Positions 41,701-53,700 of a stretch of DNA of 64,000 nucleotides are shown here, piece after piece. Under the pieces are notes generated by a model, which was not told the DNA's origin, ran no database searches, and saw nothing but the letters and a program-made list of their open reading frames with translations. Source of the stretch: Mytilus edulis (taxonomy: Eukaryota); contig NC_092357.1 of assembly GCF_963676685.1 (NCBI RefSeq), positions 38,440,001 to 38,504,000 on the forward strand, given 5' to 3'. Positions within the stretch are counted from its first letter, which is position 1. Each line of letters begins with the position of its first letter. Made by a program: the position numbers and the translations under genes.

Positions 41701-44700
41701 TCCTTTCAGAATATACCATTATGCAATTGTATACTATTTTCTTTAATTTACATGTAAAGCTAATTATTGTGATGTCTTACCTGTTTTGTCCTCGTCATCA
41801 AATGGACTATCTTTTTCTGTAAATTAATGAAAACTAGACTAAATATAAACAATCCGATTAAGTTTGTATAACTAGTTTCTCAACATGACCCTAACATATC
41901 GTTAGACATTGATAGTCCATATTTTGCTTTTTGCCATTTAATGATAGATTCCCATGCATAAAGGTGTGACTTATAAATTGACCGGTTATAAATTGTTCTA
42001 TCCACCTAATTGAATTTATTTTGTATTGATGCTTATATCAACAAAATTCAAAAGATGTAAATGGTTCTAACATTTCCTTTACGACAAAATATTAGCAACA
42101 AACAAGAAATTTTGATTATATTCTATCATTGAAACTTTGAGCACAGAAGTATAGCTTTAATTTAAATCGACAAAAAAAAATCAGTGGATAATATTTTTTT
42201 CATATTTCAAAATGACAGAGGTATAACAATGTTCTATAAAAAATAATGATTCTATACAACGGAAACAAACACATTGCAATGATTTGTAAAACAGTGTTTG
42301 TTGTCAAAATTGAGCGACAGAAATACCACTATACAGGAATTTACGACTATTTTATCAGATCAAGAAATTGTATCGCATTGAAGATTACCGTTTTTTCATT
42401 TTTTATTTTTTGCAACATAGTTAAATATTTTCGGCAATAGGCAACGTTAAGAGTAATTTTAGAAAAAAAAGTTCTAAATAAAACATTTCATATACACAGT
42501 TGTTTACAGTACTATAAAACATACCAATAGAACCACAATACGGAATTTCTAATTCTTTTTTCTGTTGTGATTGTTTTTTGTTTTCATTTATAATCGTCCG
42601 TCTTCTGTTTTCATATTCTTTTGGTTTTTGTTCTTGTAATTGTAATTTCTTTTCTTCTTCCAATGTTTGTTTCTTTTTCAATTCTTCCTGTTTTTTTGTT
42701 TCTTTTTCCAACGTACTTTTATAAAGATCTAGTTCAGACGTCTGTTGCTGATGTAGTTTCTTTTCTTTTTTAATCTCACCATTGAGTGAACTTAACTCCT
42801 CTCCTAAAGACGCATTTTTAGATTGTACATTATTTGCATCTGACTGCAACTTTTTTATCTGAGCTTCAATTTGAACGAGTTCTTTTGCACATTTTTCCAT
42901 ATTCTGACGACATGAGTCAGACGCGGTTGTCAGTTCCTTTGTTCTACAATCAGTCTGTAATATTTCTTTGGTCTTAGCAGAAATATTATTTTCAATTATT
43001 CTAGTTGAATGAAAAAACTCTAATTGTTTATGGTTGCTTTTTGGTGATGCATGGTCTATACTTATACTTTGCGATACGATTTGTTTAACAGGCGATAATT
43101 CTATAAAACCGAAGTATAATAAAAGAAAAATAACATTATTAATGTCATGCGTCAAAATATGAGATTCTTAAATCTAAAATAAATATCATCAAATATACAA
43201 GGATTTAAAATAATAACGCCTGACACCAATTGCATTTGAATCAAAACAGTTTGAAGCAGAATCACTGAAGACCACAAATTCCGCAAAATGTCCCTAAACA
43301 TACAAAGCAGACTTAAACAATCTATATCTGGGGTTTAACATCTTTAGTGTTTTAAATGATTGTTAAAAACGTATTGGGAACATCGCCATCGTAGTAGCAT
43401 CCTTAAGTTTCGTCTACATCAGAATCATCAGTAGAAAATGAATTAAAAAAGTGAAAAACAAAAACAAGTTTAAAGAGCATAGAAAACCAATTTTTCAAAA
43501 TTGTACTAAATCAGCACCCGGTTATCTATCCCTTGGGTCGAACTATCTATTAAATAGTAAATTTTATACGCGATTGTTAATATCCCAGTAACAGTAGCTT
43601 CAAATAGTTATCTTACTGTACACATTGTTGTACATGTGTTTAAGTATATCCTAGGGGGAAAAGGGAAAAAAAGGCATCTTGCATACTATTTTAAATCCAT
43701 GTTAGATATGCTGACGATTTCTTGTCACTCAATTATACACATTTAAGTGATATATGTCACTATAATTGAGAGTAAAATAGTACTGACGCTTGAAAGTCTT
43801 CTTTATATCTTGTTTTTTTTCTTTGATATTTACACAGATGGGGCAACTGCAAGCTAGAATCCATTAAAAACGTTATACGTTCAACTTTTCAAATGTCAAT
43901 TTCCTATCTTTTTACAGTAAAAAATTCGAAAGATATGAAACGGGGACATCCAAACTCATAAGTAGACAATAACACGAACAAACAGAGCTAAGAAATAAGC
44001 AGATAAACAGAAAACTCACAAACAACAGTGAACAATTCAAACATATAAAATAAAAGACTGAGACACACGAACCCCACTTTACCCTATGACCCTTCATATG
44101 ACATATAATATTTCATTTAATACGTTTGTGTACATGCTCACACTAGTATTGCGCTCCTGACACAGTAACTAAGAATAAAGACTGAAAATCTTCCTTTACA
44201 AGTTCCGCAGACACAATCGTAAAGTGGTAACAAACAACATCTATGTGTCTCGATTCATTAACGAAATGTGTTCTCGACATTAGATCTTAAAATAAAATAA
44301 TAAACGTTTGATCGGTTTAATGAGACTGTCATTAAAGTGAGAGGGTTAGCGCTATAGAACCAGGTTTAATCCACCATTTTCTACATTTGCAAATGCCTAT
44401 ACCAAGTCAGGAATATGACAGTTCTTGTCCATTCGTTTTTGATGCGTTTTGTTATTTAATTTTGCCATGTGATTATGAACTTTCCGAATTGATTATCCTC
44501 TAAGTTCAGTATATTTGTGATTTTACTTTTTACCGATTATATCCGAATCCCGGTTGTAGCAGGAGAAGCTTACATCGAGCACTTAATAGGTTTTGTCCCT
44601 CTTGGAGCTCATGGGATTCTTCAGGTTTTTCACCTTGATTTGCTCGGATATATGATATATGAACTATGGTGATCTACTGTTGCCTCTAATTAATAAATTA

Positions 44701-47700
44701 TCGAAATGCAAAAGTTGAGTTACATGGATACCGTTAATGTTAAATAAATGTCAAAATATTGATATTGGGATACTTGATTGTAGTCAATTAAAGCATCAAT
44801 TAAAGTGAAAAGTGATTGATCTATGATAATACTATAAACGGTCAAGGTAAACAATATAACAATCATGTCAGATTTAGCTAACTCTTTTTTACAACATGGT
44901 CGACAATATACAGTATATCATATCAGCAAAGTTCAATCAAAAACTATACTCTACCTTTCTGAAATACAAAACCTGGTGATTCCAATTCGGTTATCTTCAC
45001 TATGAGATCATCTCGTTTCAAAAAGTGCAGAATAGATTTTAAATAACTTAAGTCGTCTTCTGTTATCAAACATGTCTCGTGGAGCTTTTGCATTAAGTCA
45101 ACACCAGTTTGTATTTCTTCAAGTTTCTTTTTAGGGAATTTCTCCTTCTTTGTCTGACGCAAAAATGCCTTAATTTCCTTCAATTCTTCTAAAAAGGAAA
45201 TATCTAACTACATATGTTTTGATATAAGAAAAGTGATTTATTTCATTACATTTCTTAGCTGGTTCCATGGAAGAGAAATGATATTATAAATTAGTTAATG
45301 ACATAATAATCTCTACATGCATTATGAGAAAAAAAAATCGTTGGCGTTTGTTTTTATACTAGGTCAGTGTTTCTTTTGTTCCGTTTTTTTCCTCTTATTG
45401 TTGCTGCGTTTCCGTCAGTATTGGTTTGTGACCCGGATTTGTTTCCGTGAAATCGATTTATGACTATTGAACAGTGGTAAACTGCTATTGTCTTTATTTG
45501 ACCAATATTATCAATGCATATGAGAGGAGAATGTCAATATTAAATAACAAACCAATAGAATTCCCAAGAAATTGGAATTTCAAACAATCATGACTCAATT
45601 CCTGAAGGCGTTCTTGTCTGATTGTTAAACCTATATAATCATTTATACACATAAACTCAAGTAACTTGATTCCGCTTCAACATGTTCAAATTGAAGCTTC
45701 CGCTACTTTCTTACAATTTAAACAAGAGGATGTATTTAGCAGACGATAATCTTCTTCAGATGGAGAATGATTTGTACAGGGTTCAGAAAATTAATAATTT
45801 ATGCAGTTGGGTTTAGTTTAGTTTAATTTATTATATAAGAAGTTATAACATGTTCCCGCTCATTAATAACAGATAATATCCACCGATAGAAATTCAAAAC
45901 AACAACATTTAATTTATAATCTTCTTTGATTAGATTCTCAGAAAATATTTAGAAACTCATGGTGTTTCAGATCTTACATATTTACTTACCAGGCGTTATA
46001 TTACTCCAAATATCTCTTTCTACATACATGATTTGTTCCTTTCTGTCTTTGATACAGGTTGATTTTTCTTTAAAAATATAAGTACTTTGTTTAATTAGGA
46101 TCATTTTATTTTTACTTACAAAACCGATTATTATACCGCACAACATATTATGAATCAACTTGACCTTAACATTACTTAATATACAGTATAAATGAGACAA
46201 CTATCAACCAAATGACAAAGAAGTTTAGAAACTTTAAGGCACCGTACAGCGTTTCAAAATACGCAAAACCGATGACATATAGCTAGCGTTTAAAGTTCTT
46301 GAAATGAAAATGCAAAACAAAATATTCGTCTCTTTGCTATGCCTTAAGATTAAAAGCATTTCTTAGTTATATATATCATATATCATAGGACTTGCAGATT
46401 CTTTTCTTGTTTGCAAAGTATAGTCATTCAATGCAGTGCGATTGACATTACTGATTGCTTGTTTAGAAGTCTTTTTTTTCGTTATAGATTCCATGGATTG
46501 TTAACTGACTTAAGAAAACATGTTTCATTGTCAAAAGAAATCTTTAAACTCAGATACCGATGAGGTATTTATTTCCATGCTTATTTGGCGAGTATATCTC
46601 ATGGATACTCGACCAACTGCTTTAAGTCGAGTAATTCGTCTTAACAAAAAAGGAATGTGCAATTAATTTATACACAAAAAAATGTATCAAAATTACAAAG
46701 CATTATCTTTCGTATTTGGCTGTTTATCTGTCAAACTTACTAACTTACTATTTTGATTTGAAATGTCTATTTCAGATAGGTGTCCTTTAATGATCTCAAA
46801 CTCTTGATCAGATGATTCATCGAGAGAATCTAAACGTAAATATACATATACATGTACATGATTATTTCGATATAAGAATCACACATATAGTCTAGAACGA
46901 TATCGCCCATTACATACTTTGTTAGCTGTTTTCACACTATATAATTATATCATGATACTGTATCTAACTAAACTGTATCGTGCATTTTAATTTTCAAATA
47001 AGCCACATTTGATTACAACCAACCCAGGGTTTTAACATATTTTAACATTTAGGGATTTTTTTCTCAGTTCTGTAGAAGTCACATGTATGTAATTATGTGA
47101 ACCTTCCAAATACATTCACAATCATTTAAGTTCGTGAAATGAATTTAACTGCTTCAAATTATTTTATCAATATAAAATATACAACGGTGACTAAACAGAT
47201 GAAACGCAGAAAACCACATACAGTATTGAGAACTCCAGTAGTTGCAGCAAGTTATAAACATGTTTGATATCACTCGGTGTATGAACATTTAGTTTGTGTA
47301 CTGCATTCAAAAACTCGGGATAATTGGTCTATTGTTACTAAAGTACCAACTCTTTAAAATATTATCCCTATGGAATTTGTAGCACATCACAGTTAGAAAT
47401 AGAATGCCACCAGGAAGGATAAAAGTAATGTTGAAAAATAAGATCTCCTTTCATTCTTTACATGTGTTCAAATCGTATTCCAATGTGTCGATTGTTGTTA
47501 ATGTAATACACTATTTATTCAAAAACAAGAAAAGGAACACACAATGTTACATTTTGGCGTGTAAGGATGAAAGTAACTGTAAACAGTTAAAATTACGAAA
47601 TTACGAAAATACTCACCACTTTGAATTTGACGCTTGAATTTATCAATGAGGTCTTTGTCTCGAGTCTTTAACAGTGCTCTGTACATACATTTAATTGGGT

Positions 47701-50700
47701 TGAATCCTATCCGTGTGACTGTTTCAAGCCAATGTAATAAGTATTGAAAGAAAAAAATGTCTCTTTGATTTCCTGGCAACTTTAATAGCTCTTTAGAATT
47801 GTATCCTAGATCAGCAAGAAATATAGTCCAACTTAAACCAGAAGTAGCAGTCAACTCAAGAAAAAACCTATGAATATTGTCATCTTCATCTGAAAGATAA
47901 CACAAATAACTGTTGTATAACAAATTCAAAGAAATCAAAGAAAAACAAGAATGATTTTTTCATTTACTGTTATTTAGTTAGCAAGAAATTTTAAAGCAGA
48001 TACTGTCGGAACTAAACAGCAAGCATTTTGGGGAGCAGAAAGTATAAAAAAAAACAATTAATCATATAAAAACTCACTTACATTATTTTGGAATATGAAA
48101 TTAAATCTATGCGGATACAGGAACAATTTTTAAAGAAGGATAATCTCATTTAGGATTGATTGTTCATCTGCAGTGGTGCCTATCTAGTGGTACTTACATT
48201 GTAATAAATGGTTAAACTTAGTTTTACATGTTTCATTCCTGTATTGCTTATTCAAAATTTTGATTTATCAATTTGGATTTATCCAATTCAAAACAGTTAT
48301 TTTCTAGACCTATTTAAATTCGCTTATCCTACAAAAATACATGATTCTTCCCACTGACCTTTGGTAATCTGGCTGCTTTTTCTTTTTTGGTAAGATGCTG
48401 CTGTAAAAAAATAAAAATTATAAAATACCTGCATGTTATTACTATAATTGATATGTATAAATCAGTAGCCCTTGTGTCTTTTGCTAAAACGCTTACAGGA
48501 TTAAGAGAGTTGTACATGTTGTAGACCCTTCATTGATGTGTTTTAGCTTTTGATTTAGGGACTCTCCGGGTTTTTTTGGGGTGTTTTTGTTTTTAAATTT
48601 ACATATTTTTTAAATTTTCTGTGAAGTGTTTTTGTGATTTTACTTTTTGTTATTTATGAGAAACATGTGACAAAAATTTCGGAAACAAATACATATACAT
48701 AATTATGATATTTACAGAAAATAATCGGTAAATATGTCATACGGTATACTATGCTCACTTTATACTGAATACTGAATTTAAGGAATCTCAGATTTAAAGT
48801 TCCTGAAGAAAATGCGATCAAAACAGTATGAGACAAAAAGACGGAAACACGGACAAAGTCGATGTATAAACAAAACATGATTACAAGTGAAAGAGAGCAT
48901 GTTATAATTAATTTTTCATCCATTTTCAATGGTAGCCATGAAACCACAAAATCCTTGGACAAACGCCTTATTTGATGTGACAAAATTATGAGACCACATG
49001 ATATAACATTTGATCGGAAACGTTCTGGGCAAACAGTTAAAATAATAAAGATTTGAAAAGTTGAAAACAAATTTACATCTCACCTTCCCCGCTCGACATT
49101 TCTCTACTTGGATAACCATCACCTGTTTGGGAAAGTTATAATAGTAACAGTAATTAAAAATCCATCATGAATTAAACGTGCATGGTCCATTCCATCGAAC
49201 AAAAATTGTAGAATTGTAAAGTGCAGGATACAACTCTGATTAATTGTCGCTTTGTATATAGTTTTGGGAAAATTTGACATTAAAGTAAGACATCAGACAC
49301 TTAAATATTTTATATTGATTGTTATATTATGCTCCCTTTTTCATTTTCAATTTTCCTTCGTTCGTTTTTTGTTTTTTTTTAATTGTAAAAACACTTATTC
49401 CAGTAGATGAGTAGCTCACTGGTATGCATGCCAGTGGCTTACTTGTATATGCAGTAATTGTTTACCAGAGCATATTCATATATTCAACGAAACTTTGGCA
49501 AACAGCAGGATACATGAATAGGACAATTACGATTATTCAGATAATTATAGATTTTAGTTTACAATCTCGGTTAATGAATAAGGTACTGGCATGAAAATAC
49601 GGATTTTTTTGTGTTATTAAAATTTGCTGTTACAAAATATTAGAAATTATTATAAATTAAGGAATGTATCTCCCTCATGCAAAGCTCTGATTACTTTCAC
49701 GGATTTGGCTATACTTTTTGGACCTTTTGGATTATAGCTCTTCATCTTTTTTTTATAAGCTTTGGATTTCAAATATTTTGGCCACGAGCATCACTGAAGA
49801 GACATGTATTGTCGAAATGTGCATCTGGTGCAAGAAAATAGGTACCGTTAATTTTATTACTACCACTGGGTCGATGCCTCTACTGGTGGACTATCAGTCC
49901 CCGAGGGTATCACCAGCCCAGTAGCCAGTACTTCGGTACTGGCATGAAAATACCGATTGTTTGTGTTATTAAAATTTGCTGTTACAAAATATTAGAAATT
50001 ATTATAAATTATGGAATGTATCTCCCTCATGCAAAGCTCTGATTCCTTTCACGGATTTGGCTATACTTTTTGGACCTTTTGGATTATAGCTCTTCATCTT
50101 TTTTTATAAGCTTTGGATTTCAAATATTTTGGCCACGAGCATCACTGAAGAGACATGTATTGTCGAAATGCGCATCTGGTGCAAGAAAATAGGTACCGTT
50201 AATTTTATTACTACCACTGGGTCGATGCCTCTACTGGTGGACTATCAGTCCCCGAGGGTATCACCAGCCCAGTAGCCAGTACTTCGGTACTGGCATGAAA
50301 ATACCGATTGTTTGTGTTATTAAAATTTGCTGTTACAAAATATTAGAAATTATTATAAATTAAGGAATATATCTCCCTCGTGCAAAGCTCTGATTCCTTT
50401 CACGGATTTGGCTATACTTTCTGGACCTTTGGATTATAGCTCTTCATCTTTTTTTATAAGCTTTGGATTTCAAATATTTTGGCCACGAGCATCACTCAAG
50501 AGACATGTATTGTCGAAATGCGCATCTGGTGCAAGAAAATTGGTACCGATAATTTAATAAAACATATCGATGTTCAAGACCTTTTTGTTCCTGCATTGTC
50601 ACGAATTCAAAGGCTTCATGAGTACGCAGGCAAAGATTTCGATTTCATTGATTCTATTAGAAAAATTTAAGCAAGAGCCTATTGAAAATCATCTTCCTCA

Positions 50701-53700
50701 TTTGAAAGTTTTAAGATGCCTCCAATAGAATTCCTTTGACTTTAATTCAGTAACTCATGGTACAACGAAGTTCTTGAGAATATTTAGATGGTTTATAGCT
50801 CACATATATTTTAATTTTTACTCACCAACCACCTCCCCAACCACTGTAGAAGAATCATTGAAACGTTCCAAATACTCTGAAATATATATATCATATATTA
50901 AAATAAAACAATTTCAAGAAAAGAAAAGGTACGATTATGCCAGTTTTAGGGCTTCAAACTTATGTAATTTCATGAACAATTATTCAAACTGTAAAACAAT
51001 TTTATGTTCAGTTAGTATCATCAATATTTACTTTTTATGAATCAAGATTTCACTCAAACAGATAGTTTCCAATTTTCTTGCAAGATGCAAGATAAGATGT
51101 CAGTGTTATTTAATAGTGTGAATGAAATTTCTAATTAAGTATGAGGCTTCTGCTCATATCTGTTTTAAGACATTTAAGGAATAACTGTAATATTTTTTTC
51201 TGTCTATGAAGAAATTGCATCAAAAATACGATGTACACTGAATAATCTGCGTAGCGGGTTATTTAAAGTGTGCACTACATGTGTTTCCATGGTATTTCGA
51301 ATATGCAGAAAGGATATTACAATCATTGTTTATTATTTAATTCTTAATTCCATTCTAAACCGGAGTAAATCATGAAAAATCGTTAACAACGTCACGCTCA
51401 CATGACAAAATTGTGTCTATGAGCTGATAAACAAAACGACGTCACTTTATCAGAAGACGCGTTACATCCAAAATTAAATAATCATAAAATTACTTTAAGT
51501 ATAAATATGCCAATTTCACTTTTTTTCTATTATCAAAGTAACATCGGATGGCGTATAAATCGTTTTCTGTATGTATATGTATTAATTACCTGCGAAAGAA
51601 CTTGGACAGCTAGAGTCATTGCTTCGGTTTATTGCTAGGTACTCTGAAAATATGGTGTACGTGACATTAATATGAGCCAAAAGAGCTCAATATATATTTT
51701 CACAAATGTTATTGATGTACTGACCTTATAATAGATTTGAAGTTCTTGCTTCAATAAGGGTAATAGAAATGGATTATATATTGCAAAATGTTGTTGAAAA
51801 GATTAAGCTTTGATATAAAAAAAAAATTAAATATTCTTATCATGAATTTCTTGCTTCTTTCATTGTCCTTTATCAGTTAACGCAATTTTTATCACTAATA
51901 TTGTATTTGGCTTTCGAAACTTTTGTTCTCGATGAATGTTATTCCAGAACCGTCTGTCTTTCGCTGTGGACAATGTTTTGGAGTAAAGTGTGACGTTCAT
52001 TTTCGCTGAACGAGTATACACAATTTTGTTTAGGAGTCAGCTGAAGCCCTCCTCCAGATGAGGGAATTTCTCACTGTGTTGAAGACATATTGGTGGCCTT
52101 GGGCTGTTTTCTGCTATTTGTTCGGTGTAGCTGTAACTTTGCCACGCGCATTCCTCGTTTCCATTCTAAGTTTTATTATCTTTTTATTTTATATTATCCG
52201 TTTTATCAAGTTGGACTAATTGATGTTACCAAGTCAGGATACTATGCGATATGGGCTTTGCTCATGGTTGGAGGCCTTATGGTTACCTATAATTGTTCAT
52301 TTCTGTGTCATTTGGGCTCTAGTGGAGAGTTGTTTTATAGGCAATTATACCACATCTTCTTTTATATATATATAAGATATAGGCTATCGATGGAATGTGT
52401 TATTGTAATTATGTGACCTACCATTAAACACTGCACTTTCAGTCTCCTCAGGTGAGGGATTTTCTAAAAAAAAAAAAAAGATAACGACAAGATCAATATC
52501 ACTGTCTAAATTTTTTTGATTTTATAGAAAGCACATCATCCTAAACATGCCTATTATATAATTGGTCAGTTTGTACACAAAAGGACAAATTTCCAAACAA
52601 GTTTTGATTGATTGTGATATATATTGGTCATTAAATCCTCATTTCATTTTTATCTAAAAAAAAAAAAAGGGGGGACCATATTAGAGCCTTGTCGAACATA
52701 CTCCTGTGCTATAAATTTTGAGAATACCTAGCTGACTTAGTTTGATGTCTTTTGTCACTACGTAGGTTTGTGGATGGGTCCCCCTTTTTTTCTTTTTTTT
52801 TTTAATATTTCAACATTTGTTAAACCAGTTTTCTATTCTTTATCTTATTTGCCCATTATCCTATCATCTATTCTGTTAAAATTTAAAAATTTCATGAAGT
52901 TTTGTTTTTGTCTTTTTTCTTTCTTTTTTTTTTGCCTTTTTCTTTATTCTTTTTTTTTTGCCTATTCAATTATATTTTTTACTCTTTATTCTGTACTTTT
53001 TGCCCACCTTCCTCTGTTATATAAACCACATCCAGACCTTCTCCACTGAGTACTTACCTCCGTTTGCCTGTGGCTTGTGTTGTTCTCTGTATCCTGATAA
53101 TTAAAAATATCAACGTATTTTAATTAAACAATATGTAATAGCAATGCATATATGACTTGTAGAAAGAAAAGACAAGGTCGTGCGGTAACCTAGTATATTA
53201 GAAGCAGTTGATTACTGCTACGTTAGTGGTTGTCTTTGTTACTGAATTTCATTTAAAAAAAAAGTTTAAAAGTTTCGTACACAAATCAGGACGTTAGTTT
53301 TCGCGTTTTAATTTATTTCCATTAATCGATCGGGGCATTTTATAGGTTGGTGTGCAGTATATGCTTTGATTATTGTTGGAGGCTGTACAGTTGCCTTTGT
53401 AATATAGTGGTTATGCTTTTTGGTTGTCCGGGGGAGAGTTGTCTCTTTCGCGACCATACTACATTTTCCTTGTTATATAACAACGGAAAAGGGACAAAGG
53501 GACAGACACTCGTCTTTATATTTTAAACAGGAAAATAAAAATTGGTCGAAGCACACAAAATCCTAAACAAAAACAGAGAAATAACTCGTGTATTATTGCA
53601 AAGCACGGTTGTTCTGTTTTATCGACTATATAAATGTAATTCAGACTTATGGCATCTACTGGGGACCTTAATAGTTATCAAAGGTACCAGGATTATAATT

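Larger units (their letters stand above)
49582..50556 (+). mobile_element. Retrozyme array, family B (~2.8 tandem units of 351-353 bp), intronic and antisense to the TIR gene
   Basis: Near-identical tandem units, each with gcatca-CTGAAGA-gaca-tgtat-tgtc-GAAA-tgcgca-TC-tggtgc. Hammerheads at 49788-49831, 50139-50182 and 50489-50532 (the last has CTGAAGA->CTCAAGA). Confidence 0.88.

Noticed and set aside
41208-41737. CRISPR-like array
   Set aside because: Units repeat in full with no unique spacers, no cas genes are present, and the context is a eukaryotic intron.
46380-46640. Additional exon of the adaptor gene
   Set aside because: It looks coding-like on the minus strand but has in-frame stops and no clean phase-compatible donor.
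49862-49945. HDV-like ribozyme assignment for the conserved motif
   Set aside because: The helix order is loosely similar, but the P3/L3 region is far too large and the putative P2 pairing is not kept in family A.
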